Below, one piece after another: positions 1-8,612 of a DNA stretch of 64,000 nt. The stretch spans positions 170-64,169 of the forward strand of contig JBDRUF010000001.1 of NCBI GenBank assembly GCA_039801245.1. Reading direction: 5' to 3'. The notes under the pieces were generated by a model, which searched no databases, was not told the origin of the DNA, and saw only the letters and a list, made by a program, of their open reading frames with translations. The position numbers were made by a program, and so were the translations under genes. Every line of letters starts with the position of its first letter. Position 1 is the stretch's first letter. The DNA comes from a candidate division WOR-3 bacterium (GTDB lineage Bacteria > Hydrothermota > Tepidihabitantia > Tepidihabitantales > Tepidihabitantaceae).

Positions 1-479
1 TGGAAGAGGTAAAAAGGGAGGGTTCGCCATTTTTCCCGAAACTAAATCGTGCTCTCGGAATGATAGAGGAAAAGATGGGAACGGTAGGGGCGGTGGCAAT
101 AGACCGTAATGGACACCTTGCTGCAGCAACATCAAGTGGTGGAATTGCAGGTAGAATGACAGGGAGAGTAGGGGACTCCTGTTTACCTGGGTGCGGGACA
201 TATGCCTCTGCATATGGCGCGGTTTCCTGTACCGGACACGGTGAGGGGATAATCAAACTGTTTTTAGCAAAAGATATTGTTGAGCGGATGAAGACATTGC
301 CCGCACCAACCGCATTGACCTTGGCCCTCTCCGAGGCGAAAAGGAAAAAGGTCTTATGCGGAGCTGTGGGCTTTGATGCCCGTGGTGGCATCTGTTACGG
401 TCATACAACACCAGATATGGCTTGGGGTTATAAAGTGGCGGACCGGCTGTTTTTATTTACCGATAACAAAAGGAAGTAG
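1..479 (+). CDS. Isoaspartyl peptidase / L-asparaginase (Ntn-hydrolase family), 5'-truncated at window edge
   Basis: Reading frame is open from nt 3 to the stop at 479 with no upstream stop. GTVGAVAIDRNGHLAAATSSGGI and GDSCLPGCGTYA match the beta-subunit nucleophile region of plant-type asparaginases. Only the C-terminal ~158 aa lie in the window. Confidence 0.75.
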   Translation, partial: EEVKREGSPFFPKLNRALGMIEEKMGTVGAVAIDRNGHLAAATSSGGIAGRMTGRVGDSCLPGCGTYASAYGAVSCTGHGEGIIKLFLAKDIVERMKTLPAPTALTLALSEAKRKKVLCGAVGFDARGGICYGHTTPDMAWGYKVADRLFLFTDNKRK

Positions 480-526
480 AAGAAGCTGGGTGAGGAGATC
501 GTAAGGATTTGCAGCTCTAAAGATAT

Positions 527-3364
527 ATGATAATCTTTAAACTCGTCATCCACCTTCCATCTTCCTTCCTCCGTGGGTTTTTATTTATTTTTATAGTTTT
601 GGCCGATATTTCCTTAGGACAGTTTTCTTATTTTGGCAAAAACAAAGTCCAAACCAGGGACTATCAGTTTTTTTCTTACGATACAGAACATTTTAAGGTG
701 CTTTACTATCCTGGGGGGGAAGCGGTAGCCGAATTTGCCGCAGATGCTCTTGAGCGGTTTTATGAGAAGAACAAAGAGGACCTTAATATGGAACTGGAAG
801 GGAAGACCCCCGTAATAATCTATCTTTCGCCAAGTCAATTCCAGGAGACCAATGTCATCACCGACCTGATTGAAGAGGGGGTTGGCGGCTTTGCTGAGTT
901 GATTAAGAATCGGATTGTTGTTCCGTTCAATGGTTCATATAATGACCTCTACCATATTATCGGTCACGAACTTACCCATATTTTTGAGTTTCAGATGTTT
1001 TACCGGTCAAGGTTGTCTGCGCTCTTGGGCGCGATCGGTGAGTTTCAGGTTCCACTCTGGGTCATTGAAGGCTTTGCCGAGTTCCAGAGCGGTTGGGTAA
1101 CGGTCCGTTCAGAAATTTTCATGCGCGATTTGGTGTTAAACAATCGTTTAGTTTCGCTCACCGACCTGAATGACAACTACGGTTATCTTGCCTATCGCGA
1201 GGGTGAATCCTTCTTTAATTATGTGGCAGAGCGTTATGGTCCCAAGAAGGTTTATGAGTTTATGAATACCCTGAGGGCAAAACGCAACCTTGAGGCAACA
1301 TTTCAGGCGGTTTTCGGTATGAGTCAGAAGAGAATTGGTGAAGAATGGGAAAAATGGTTAAGGCTAAAATACCTCCCTCAAATTACCAAGATGCCAAACT
1401 TTGAAACGGTAGCGCAAAAACTCACTGACCACACTCAGGACGGCTCAATATACAACACCGCGCCCGCCATCTCGCCATCGGGAACAAAGATTGCTATGAT
1501 TTCCGACCGGAGCGAATATGTTGACTGCTACCTGATATCGGCACTATCCGGAAATCTCCTGAAAAGGGTGGTACGTGGAGCCAGATCAGGTGGATTTGAA
1601 GGTTTACATCTTCTGCGACCGGGAATAACCTGGTCACCAGATGAAAGGTCTATTGCGCTCGTTACCACCACTGCCGGGCGGGACAACATTGCTTTGATCG
1701 ATATCAACACCGGCAGGGTTAGGCGCAGAATTTTTGCCAATCTTGATGCCATCTATAGCCCGAAGTTCTCTCCTGACGGTAATAAACTGGTATTCGTCGG
1801 CTTGAAAAACGGCTACAGTGATATCTACATTATTGGGCTTGATGAGAAAGAGCCAAGGCGGCTAACCTATGACATCTATGAGGAACGGGACCCTGACTTT
1901 TCTCCTACCGGCGAATCAATTGTTTTTGTCTCTGACCGACCCAACCCTGGCGAGGAATGGGTTCCTGGTAACTACGCCGTGTTTTTACGAGATGAGAAAG
2001 GGGAGATTCAACCTCTTTCTGAGCGGGGACAGTTCTTTGGCTATCCGGTATGGGCTCACTCAGGTTCGCATATTTTCTGGGTTTGCGCGGACTCCCATTC
2101 CCAGAACATTGCCGTATATTCTCTCGAGGAACAAAGAATAGTTCACCGTACCGATTTTCTTGGTGAGGTTTCCCATCTGAGCCTTTCAAAGGATGACAAA
2201 AAACTTGCCTTTGCCTATTTTAACAATGTTGGCTGGGATGTGGCGGTGGTTTTTAACCCTTTGGAAAAGATTCCTTTAGACACGATGGCGCGTCCGTTGG
2301 CGATGGATACCATTCCGTTCAACAGGGCAGGTCTGGACATTGAAAGGGTGAAACCGGTTGGTTTTGCCCTTTCCCTTGATTATGTTGCCGGTGCAGCATC
2401 GTATTCGCCTGGAGCCGCTGGTTTTGCCGGCACGGTTGATATTGCCTTTTCCGACATTATGGGCAACCACCGGTTTGAGGTTTATACCGACCTTTATGGC
2501 AACATCCTCAACTCCAATGCAATCTTTCTCTACTGGCTGCTCCCCTACCGGATTGACTACGGCTTTGCCCTTTTCCAACTTTACGGCATTCCGTTTTACC
2601 ATCCTGGGGAGATTCTCGCCCAGAGTATTGACCGCGGGGGAGAGGCGATTGTCAGTTATCCCTTTGATAAGTTCACCAGGGTTGAGGCAGGTTTGAGCGC
2701 AATTTCCAGTGAAATTGGCATCTATCTCTATGAGGGCGGTTGGTATCTTGCCGACCGTTATTTTGAGCACCTTTTTTACTCAAGCGGTGCCTTTGTTTTT
2801 GACAACACCTTCTGGCCTGACCAACTGGCACCGGTGCGGGGAACAAGATTAAGGCTTGAGGCGGGAAGTTCCTTTCTCTCCAGCCGCCAGTTTGAGATTG
2901 TTTACGCGGATGTCAGAAACTACCAGCGTCTGGGCAGGCGATTCGTTTTTGCCAGCCGGCTCCTTAATGCGGTCAACTTTGGCAATGTCAGCGGTTATTA
3001 CATCGGCGGTGAATATGTTCGCGGTTATAATTGGGGTGAGTTTTATGATGAACAAGGGCAGGGCATCACCCTTTTTAATTTTGAACTCCGCTATCCCTTT
3101 ATTGACCAGTTAAAGATTGCCTTTCCTTTGCCATTAAATATTCAGGGTCTCAGGGGTGTTTTATTTCTTGACGGTGGTATGGTCTGGCGTGAGGGGATGA
3201 GCATCTGGAATGGTCAGCAGTTTGACGCCCTAAAACTTGGTGCGGGTGCAGGCTTAAGGATTCCCTTTACCTTCTTTACCATCAAACTTGACTTTGCCAA
3301 ACCACTATCGGTAACCCAGGACCGGTCCTGGAAGGTCATATTTGAATTGGGCTATGACTTCTGA
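527..3364 (+). CDS. Outer-membrane multidomain protein: HExxH zinc-peptidase domain + TolB-like (PD40) beta-propeller + C-terminal Omp85/Bac_surface_Ag-type beta-barrel
   Basis: HELTHIFEF zinc-binding motif in the N-terminal ~250 aa. Repeated SPxG..(I/L)(A/V)F.SDR blades: SPSGTKIAMISDR, SPDGNKLVFVG, SPTGESIVFVSDR. C-terminal ~400 aa is Gly/aromatic-rich with a YIGGEYVRGYNWGEF (VRGY) motif and ends ...FELGYDF, a terminal aromatic typical of OM barrels. Hydrophobic N-terminus; exact start uncertain. Confidence 0.6.
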   Translation: MIIFKLVIHLPSSFLRGFLFIFIVLADISLGQFSYFGKNKVQTRDYQFFSYDTEHFKVLYYPGGEAVAEFAADALERFYEKNKEDLNMELEGKTPVIIYLSPSQFQETNVITDLIEEGVGGFAELIKNRIVVPFNGSYNDLYHIIGHELTHIFEFQMFYRSRLSALLGAIGEFQVPLWVIEGFAEFQSGWVTVRSEIFMRDLVLNNRLVSLTDLNDNYGYLAYREGESFFNYVAERYGPKKVYEFMNTLRAKRNLEATFQAVFGMSQKRIGEEWEKWLRLKYLPQITKMPNFETVAQKLTDHTQDGSIYNTAPAISPSGTKIAMISDRSEYVDCYLISALSGNLLKRVVRGARSGGFEGLHLLRPGITWSPDERSIALVTTTAGRDNIALIDINTGRVRRRIFANLDAIYSPKFSPDGNKLVFVGLKNGYSDIYIIGLDEKEPRRLTYDIYEERDPDFSPTGESIVFVSDRPNPGEEWVPGNYAVFLRDEKGEIQPLSERGQFFGYPVWAHSGSHIFWVCADSHSQNIAVYSLEEQRIVHRTDFLGEVSHLSLSKDDKKLAFAYFNNVGWDVAVVFNPLEKIPLDTMARPLAMDTIPFNRAGLDIERVKPVGFALSLDYVAGAASYSPGAAGFAGTVDIAFSDIMGNHRFEVYTDLYGNILNSNAIFLYWLLPYRIDYGFALFQLYGIPFYHPGEILAQSIDRGGEAIVSYPFDKFTRVEAGLSAISSEIGIYLYEGGWYLADRYFEHLFYSSGAFVFDNTFWPDQLAPVRGTRLRLEAGSSFLSSRQFEIVYADVRNYQRLGRRFVFASRLLNAVNFGNVSGYYIGGEYVRGYNWGEFYDEQGQGITLFNFELRYPFIDQLKIAFPLPLNIQGLRGVLFLDGGMVWREGMSIWNGQQFDALKLGAGAGLRIPFTFFTIKLDFAKPLSVTQDRSWKVIFELGYDF

Positions 3365-3375
3365 CGCAGTGCAAA

Positions 3376-4650
3376 ATGCAAAGTGCAAAATGTAAAAATC
3401 AAAATTTTGCATTGTTAGTTTTCCATTTTGCCTTTTGCGTCGCATTCTGCATAATAGCCCCCTCTTGTGCGCTTCCAGCGCGGCTTTCACATAAGCCAAT
3501 AGAGCAAAACCTTGAGCCGCAGGAGGTTCTGAGAAGGCTATCGGAGTTAAAGTCATTCAGGTTTTATCTGCAATACTTTACCGATGTGCCGGTGAGAATC
3601 AGGGCGCAGTTTTCCGGCATTTTCAATCAACCTGACATTGAATCCTGGGATGGTTTCTATGTTAAAAATGGTAAAAAGGTTAGGGCGGTTTTGCGGGCAA
3701 GGGCAGATGTTCAGATGCAACTCAGTGATGCCGGCTGGCAGACCCAGCCAAGGGGTCTGGAGACAATGATAGTGAAACAGATTGAGCAGGTTCTCACAGG
3801 AGCCAAGCTTGAGTTCTTGCAGGAGGAAAAGGGGCGGGTTCTTTATCAGTTTGAGCCGCAAATGAGTCTGATTGACCCATTAAGGGTGAAAAGGCTTAAG
3901 GGCGTCGTTGAACTGGACGGGGTTTCTGGTCTGCCGGTCAGGCTCTTTTGTTTTGATGAGAATGGCGCTGCTAAATGGGAGGTTCGGATTGACCGTTATA
4001 ATCGCGCGGGCAGGGTGGAAATGCCCTTTGTGCCGGTGATGAGGCTGAGCCTTGTGCCTCAGAGTCGTTCCTTGCTAAAGGGGCAAAGGCAAGAGGTGAT
4101 GAGGATTCTTAAGGAGCGGTTTAAAGATTTTGGTCTTGAGCATCGGCTGAAATGGATGGGTTCAGCGCTTAGCCTTGAGATTGACCGGGCAATGACCATT
4201 CAGGCATTAAGGCTCTTGACATCGAAGGGCAGGATTGAAATCTATCAAGGGTCCTGGGTAAGGCAAGGTCAAGATTCCTCAATCTATCCTGTGGTGCCGG
4301 TTGCCGGTGATGCCGCAAGGATGATTCACCTTGATACCCTTCTTGCCGATAACAGTTTGATAGATGCCGAGGTTGATTGCACCCTGCCGGTCCAGCCAAA
4401 ACTGATAATCAAACTACAAAACACGGACGAGGGAAGACGGGAGACGGAGGTCATCGGTCTTCGCTCCTCGCTCCTCGGTCAGTTTGCGCTTGTTGTTGAT
4501 GGCGCGGTTGTGGATGTTACTGAAGAGATTACTGAGAATAGATTGGTTTTTGCTGATTTGGGGAACGAGGAGACTGTGCGTATCCTTGCTGCCCTTGCAA
4601 ACAATCCGCCCTTGCCGGTTGATTTAGGGTTGGTTGTTAAAGAGAGATAA
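3376..4650 (+). CDS. Hypothetical protein; predicted ATG lies inside the upstream terminator, so the true start is probably downstream
   Basis: Long ORF with consistent coding statistics. Hydrophobic segment ALLVFHFAFCVAFCIIAPSCA near the N-terminus. C-terminal FALVVDGAVVDV...LAALANNPPLPVDL loosely resembles the SecD-type periplasmic LDG..V...G.LP motif. No confident family. Confidence 0.35.
   Translation: MQSAKCKNQNFALLVFHFAFCVAFCIIAPSCALPARLSHKPIEQNLEPQEVLRRLSELKSFRFYLQYFTDVPVRIRAQFSGIFNQPDIESWDGFYVKNGKKVRAVLRARADVQMQLSDAGWQTQPRGLETMIVKQIEQVLTGAKLEFLQEEKGRVLYQFEPQMSLIDPLRVKRLKGVVELDGVSGLPVRLFCFDENGAAKWEVRIDRYNRAGRVEMPFVPVMRLSLVPQSRSLLKGQRQEVMRILKERFKDFGLEHRLKWMGSALSLEIDRAMTIQALRLLTSKGRIEIYQGSWVRQGQDSSIYPVVPVAGDAARMIHLDTLLADNSLIDAEVDCTLPVQPKLIIKLQNTDEGRRETEVIGLRSSLLGQFALVVDGAVVDVTEEITENRLVFADLGNEETVRILAALANNPPLPVDLGLVVKER
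3382..3420 (+). terminator. Rho-independent terminator after the 945-aa OM protein gene
   Basis: tgcaaaat (3384-3391) pairs with attttgca (3404-3411) around a 12-nt loop, followed by the T-rich ttgttagttttcc. Preceded by the tandem repeat gtgcaaaatgcaaa / gtgcaaaatgtaaa. Confidence 0.5.
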
Positions 4651-4756
4651 TTACCAAAGAATGCGGGAAAGCATTTCGAGCGATTGTTCCGATGCATTTT
4701 TTCAAGTTATCTGCCGATGTTGACCTATAATAGATTGTTGGTAAAATTTTTTCTTC

Positions 4757-5542
4757 ATGCCCAGCGACATTAAAGTGAATAATCCGGTTGAAAAAAGGGC
4801 GCTTAAGCGCTGGTTTAATGCGGATGGGTTTTTGTCCAGTCTGCGCCGGGTGAACATCTTTTGTGGCGGCTACGGCTCGGGCAAAAGCGAGATAGCGGTC
4901 AATTTTGCCATCAGCCTCAGGGAAGAGGGGAAAGGGGTAAGTATCGCTGACCTTGATGTTGTTAACCCCTATTTCCGCTCCCGGGAGGCGCGCAAACTCC
5001 TGGAGGGTTTGGGCATCAATGTTTTGGTCCCGCCTGAGGAGGTGATGGCGAGCGATTTGCCGATGTTGCAGCCAGAGATAAAAGGTGCGCTTTTTGCCGG
5101 TGAAGGTTTTGTTGTGCTTGACCTTGGTGGTGACCCGGTGGGCGCGCGGGTGATGGCAACCATTGCCTCTGGCATAGAGCCCTTTGATTTTAACTGCTTT
5201 TTTGTCCTAAACTCAAGGCGACCCTTTACCCGCACGGTGAAAGAGGTTGTTGAGTTGATAAAGGAGATTGAGAACTCTTCGGGTCTGCAGATTACCCATA
5301 TTGTTGTCAATTCCCATCTGATTGAGGAAACAACTTCCCTTGTGATTGAAGAGGGAATTGAACTTGCCGAGATGGTCGGTGTCAAGACCGCCAAACCGAT
5401 TGGGTTTGTTGCGCTGGAACAAAGGGTGCTTGAAGATTTTGCCTTTGAAATGTGCCCTTACCCGGTTTTGGTGATTGAGCGGCTGCTCTTGAAGCCCTGG
5501 GAAAAGGGTGAGGGATTGGGACCGCAGCGGTTCAGGATTTAA
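4757..5542 (+). CDS. P-loop NTPase (Walker A GGYGSGKSE, Walker B VVLDLGGD), function unknown
   Basis: Walker A and B motifs present; about 260 aa. Sits immediately upstream of the ferredoxin/2-oxoacid oxidoreductase operon. A TTGACC...TAAAAT promoter-like sequence lies at 4722-4750. Confidence 0.45.
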   Translation: MPSDIKVNNPVEKRALKRWFNADGFLSSLRRVNIFCGGYGSGKSEIAVNFAISLREEGKGVSIADLDVVNPYFRSREARKLLEGLGINVLVPPEEVMASDLPMLQPEIKGALFAGEGFVVLDLGGDPVGARVMATIASGIEPFDFNCFFVLNSRRPFTRTVKEVVELIKEIENSSGLQITHIVVNSHLIEETTSLVIEEGIELAEMVGVKTAKPIGFVALEQRVLEDFAFEMCPYPVLVIERLLLKPWEKGEGLGPQRFRI

Positions 5543-5551
5543 GGAGCGCAA

Positions 5552-5794
5552 GTGGCAAAAAAGGCAAAGGTAACGATTGACAGAAACCGGTGCAAGGGGT
5601 GTGAGTTGTGTGTCAACTACTGCCCGAAACAGGTCCTGGCGATGTCAAAGGAGATTAATGACAAGGGCTACTTCTTTGCCCAGGTGGTTAATCAGGATGC
5701 CTGTATCGCCTGCAGGTTCTGCGGGATGATGTGTCCCGACTGTGCGATTGAGATTGCGGTTGATGAGCCTGAGGCGCAGGAGGTTAAGGGGTAA
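5552..5794 (+). CDS. 2-oxoacid:ferredoxin oxidoreductase delta subunit (2x[4Fe-4S] ferredoxin)
   Basis: Two CxxCxxCxxxCP motifs: CKGCELCVNYCP and CIACRFCGMMCPDC. 80 aa. First gene of a four-gene cluster. Confidence 0.8.
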   Translation: MAKKAKVTIDRNRCKGCELCVNYCPKQVLAMSKEINDKGYFFAQVVNQDACIACRFCGMMCPDCAIEIAVDEPEAQEVKG

Positions 5795-6855
5795 TGGCTA
5801 AGATTCTGATGAAGGGTAATGAGGCGATTGCCGAGTCGGCAATAAGGGCGGGTGGTCTTTGCTATTTTGGCTATCCCATCACCCCGCAGTCCGAAATTGC
5901 CGAGTATCTGGCGCACCGGATGCCTGAGGTTGGGGGTGTTTTTCTCCAGATTGAGAGTGAGGTGGCGGTTGCCAATTGCCTTTATGGTGCTGCTGGCGCT
6001 GGTGCCCGTGCCTGGACATCATCATCAAGCCCGGGAATAAGTCTGATGATGGAGGGCGTTTCCTATATTGCCGCATCAGAACTGCCCTGTGTGATTGTCA
6101 ATATTGTCCGTTGCGGTCCTGGTCTTGGTGGGATTCTGCCATCACAGGGTGACTATTTCCAGGCGGTTAAGGGTGGTGGTCATGGCGATTACCGCTGCCT
6201 GGTGTTGGCACCATCATCGGTCCAGGAGGCGGTTGATTTGATGCCACTTGCCTTTGACCGGGCAGACAGGTATCGGAACCCGGTTATCGTTATCGGCGAT
6301 GGGATGATTGGTCAGATGATGGAGCCGGTTGAGTTCAAGGAGCAAAATTTTCCACCGCTGCCGCCAAAGGACTGGGCAACAACCGGCTGCAAGGGGAGAA
6401 GGCCGAATGTTATCAACTCACTCTACCTTGACCCGGTGATTGAGGAGAAACTCAACTTCAAACTGGCGGCAAAGTATGAGGAGATGAAGAAAAAGGAAAT
6501 CAGGTTTGAGGAGTATCGGACCGACCGTGATATGGACTGCCTTCTTGTTGCTTACGGCACCACCGCTCGGGTGTGCAAGACCGCTATTCAGCGCCTTGAT
6601 GAGGAGAAAATCAGGGTTGGGCTTTTGCGTCCGATTACCCTTTTCCCGTTTCCTGAGGATAAGGTTTTTGAACTCTCCGAGAGGGCAGGGTTTGTGATGA
6701 GTATCGAGATGAGCACCGGTCAGATGGTTGAGGATGTGAGGCTTGCGGTTGGCAGGACAAAGCCGGTCTATTTCTTTGGCAGGGCAGGTGGAATGGTCCC
6801 AAGTCCAGAGGAGGTTATGGAGGCGGTAAAAAGCCATCTTGGAGGCAAGAGATGA
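5794..6855 (+). CDS. 2-oxoacid:ferredoxin oxidoreductase alpha subunit
   Basis: MAKILMKGNEAIAESAIRAGGLCYFGYPITPQSEI N-terminus is typical of KorA/PorA/VorA. Start overlaps the delta-subunit stop. Confidence 0.85.
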   Translation: MAKILMKGNEAIAESAIRAGGLCYFGYPITPQSEIAEYLAHRMPEVGGVFLQIESEVAVANCLYGAAGAGARAWTSSSSPGISLMMEGVSYIAASELPCVIVNIVRCGPGLGGILPSQGDYFQAVKGGGHGDYRCLVLAPSSVQEAVDLMPLAFDRADRYRNPVIVIGDGMIGQMMEPVEFKEQNFPPLPPKDWATTGCKGRRPNVINSLYLDPVIEEKLNFKLAAKYEEMKKKEIRFEEYRTDRDMDCLLVAYGTTARVCKTAIQRLDEEKIRVGLLRPITLFPFPEDKVFELSERAGFVMSIEMSTGQMVEDVRLAVGRTKPVYFFGRAGGMVPSPEEVMEAVKSHLGGKR

Positions 6856-7613
6856 GGGTGATATTTAAACGCCCGGAATCTTTAACACCCACCCCGACCC
6901 ATTACTGCCCTGGCTGCACCCATGGCATCATCCACCGCTTGATTGCTGAGGTGATTGATGAGTTGAATTTAAGGGAAAGGGCAGTGGGAATTGCACCGGT
7001 TGGCTGTTCGGTCCTTGCCTTTAACTACTTCAACTTTGACTTTCAGCAGGCGGCTCATGGCAGGGCGCCCGCGGTTGCAACCGGGATAAAAAGGGCAAGA
7101 CCTGATTTGATTGTGTTTACCTATCAGGGTGATGGTGACCTTGCCTCAATCGGGATGAGCGAAATCATCCATGCGGCAAACCGCGGCGAGAAGTTCACGG
7201 TGGTTTTTATCAACAACGCCATCTATGGGATGACCGGCGGTCAGATGGCACCAACAACAATGCCCGGACAGGTTACAACCACATCACCAAGGGGAAGGGA
7301 TGTTAATGATGTTGGCTATCCTGTCAGGATGTGCGAACTCATCTCCAGCCTGCGCACCCCCAGTTTTGTTGAGCGGGTTACGGTTCACAACCCCAAGGGT
7401 GTTACCAACGCCCGGCGCGCGCTCAAGCAGGCTTTTATTTATCAGAGGGACAATGTCTGCTTCACATTCGTTGAGTTCCTTTCAACCTGTCCGACAAACT
7501 GGGGTCTTGCACCGATTCAGGCGGCAAGGTGGCTGGAGGAGAATATGATTCCCTATTATCCGGTAAGGAACTTCAAGACACCGGAAAAACCAGAGGCAAA
7601 AGATGCAGATTGA
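6852..7613 (+). CDS. 2-oxoacid:ferredoxin oxidoreductase beta subunit (TPP-binding)
   Basis: HYCPGCTHG and GDGD..SIGM TPP-binding motifs. 4-nt overlap with the alpha subunit. Confidence 0.85.
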   Translation: MRVIFKRPESLTPTPTHYCPGCTHGIIHRLIAEVIDELNLRERAVGIAPVGCSVLAFNYFNFDFQQAAHGRAPAVATGIKRARPDLIVFTYQGDGDLASIGMSEIIHAANRGEKFTVVFINNAIYGMTGGQMAPTTMPGQVTTTSPRGRDVNDVGYPVRMCELISSLRTPSFVERVTVHNPKGVTNARRALKQAFIYQRDNVCFTFVEFLSTCPTNWGLAPIQAARWLEENMIPYYPVRNFKTPEKPEAKDAD

Positions 7614-8157
7614 GACGGTATTTGCCGGTTTTGGAGGACAGGGGGTGATGCTTGCCGGCAGGGTCCTGGCTGAGGTGGGGATGAAACTTGGCAAGGAGGT
7701 TGTCTGGCTTCCATCGTATGGACCGGAGATGAGGGGAGGGACAGCAAACTGTGTTGTCATCATCGCTGATGAGCCCATCGCATCACCGATTATCGCCCAT
7801 CCGAGGGATGCTGTTGTTATGAACCGCCCCTCACTTGAGAAGTTCTGCCCGGCGCAGAAGCCAGGGGGATTTGCCATCGTCAACAGTTCACTGATAAACA
7901 TCAGACCAGAAAGAAATGACCTTAAGGTTGTTGAGGTGCCGGCGAATGAGATAGCGATTGAGGCTGGGAGTGGCAGGGCGGCAAATATGGTGATGCTTGG
8001 TGCCTATGTTGGTGCCACCGGGATTGTGCCGCTTGAGGCGCTTCTTGAGCAGGTTAAGGAGGAGTTTGAAGCCAAAGCAAAACTGATACCATTAAACATC
8101 AAATGCGTTGAACAGGGCTTTAGAATCGGGCAGGAGGCTTTAAAAACCTCAAAATAG
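7603..8157 (+). CDS. 2-oxoacid:ferredoxin oxidoreductase gamma subunit
   Basis: VFAGFGGQGVMLAG...LPSYGPEMRGGTANC gamma-subunit signature. Overlaps the beta subunit. The delta-alpha-beta-gamma order is Kor/Vor-like. Confidence 0.85.
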   Translation: MQIETVFAGFGGQGVMLAGRVLAEVGMKLGKEVVWLPSYGPEMRGGTANCVVIIADEPIASPIIAHPRDAVVMNRPSLEKFCPAQKPGGFAIVNSSLINIRPERNDLKVVEVPANEIAIEAGSGRAANMVMLGAYVGATGIVPLEALLEQVKEEFEAKAKLIPLNIKCVEQGFRIGQEALKTSK

Positions 8158-8159
8158 AA

Positions 8160-8612
8160 AAATCCATATAAATTACAACCAAGGATACCATATAGGATAT
8201 TATTCGGTGACTCACTCAGGGATTTAGTCACCGAGTGACTCGGTATTTCACTTGGTAAGTGAATCAGGGTTTCAATCCTTGAGTCAACCCTTTATTCATT
8301 GGGTAAATCATTCTCTGTCTTATTCAGTGTTTGATACCCTGATTCTATCTCCCTGTAATTCAGAGAGTTAAATAGTGAATGATTCAGGGATTAAATTACC
8401 CTGTGATTCTGGGTGTGACTCAGGGGGTGACCCCCCGGGTCACCCCCTGAGTGATTCCCTGGGTGGTATCATATGCAATTAAGGGTTAAGAATGATTTAG
8501 ACCGTTCATCAGCGCAGGGTATAAGAGATTGGCTGGGGAGCAGGTTAATGGTGAGCTCTTTTTCTATCACATTGATTTTGAATCGGATAGGTAAAAAGGA
8601 GAGTCTAATCTA
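8160..8612. promoter_or_regulatory. Unusual ~450-bp leader/regulatory region upstream of grpE-dnaK-dnaJ with repeated TCAGGG/CCCTGA motifs and perfect palindromes
   Basis: At least 4 copies of (A/C/T)TCAGGG at ~8216, 8264, 8384 and 8430. At least 4 reverse-orientation CCCTG(A/T) at ~8337, 8351, 8399 and 8445. A 13-bp perfect inverted repeat ctcagggggtgac / gtcaccccctgag at ~8428-8460. ttcactt-ggt-aagtgaa at 8248-8264. ccgagtgactcgg at 8231-8243. No canonical CIRCE and no hrcA. Confidence 0.5.

Noticed and set aside
8220-8250. Possible CIRCE (HrcA operator) upstream of grpE: atTTAGtCACcGAGTGacTcgg
   Set aside because: The half-sites only loosely resemble TTAGCACTC / GAGTGCTAA and are directly abutting, with no 9-nt spacer. 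No hrcA gene precedes grpE. I treated it as part of the novel motif array instead.
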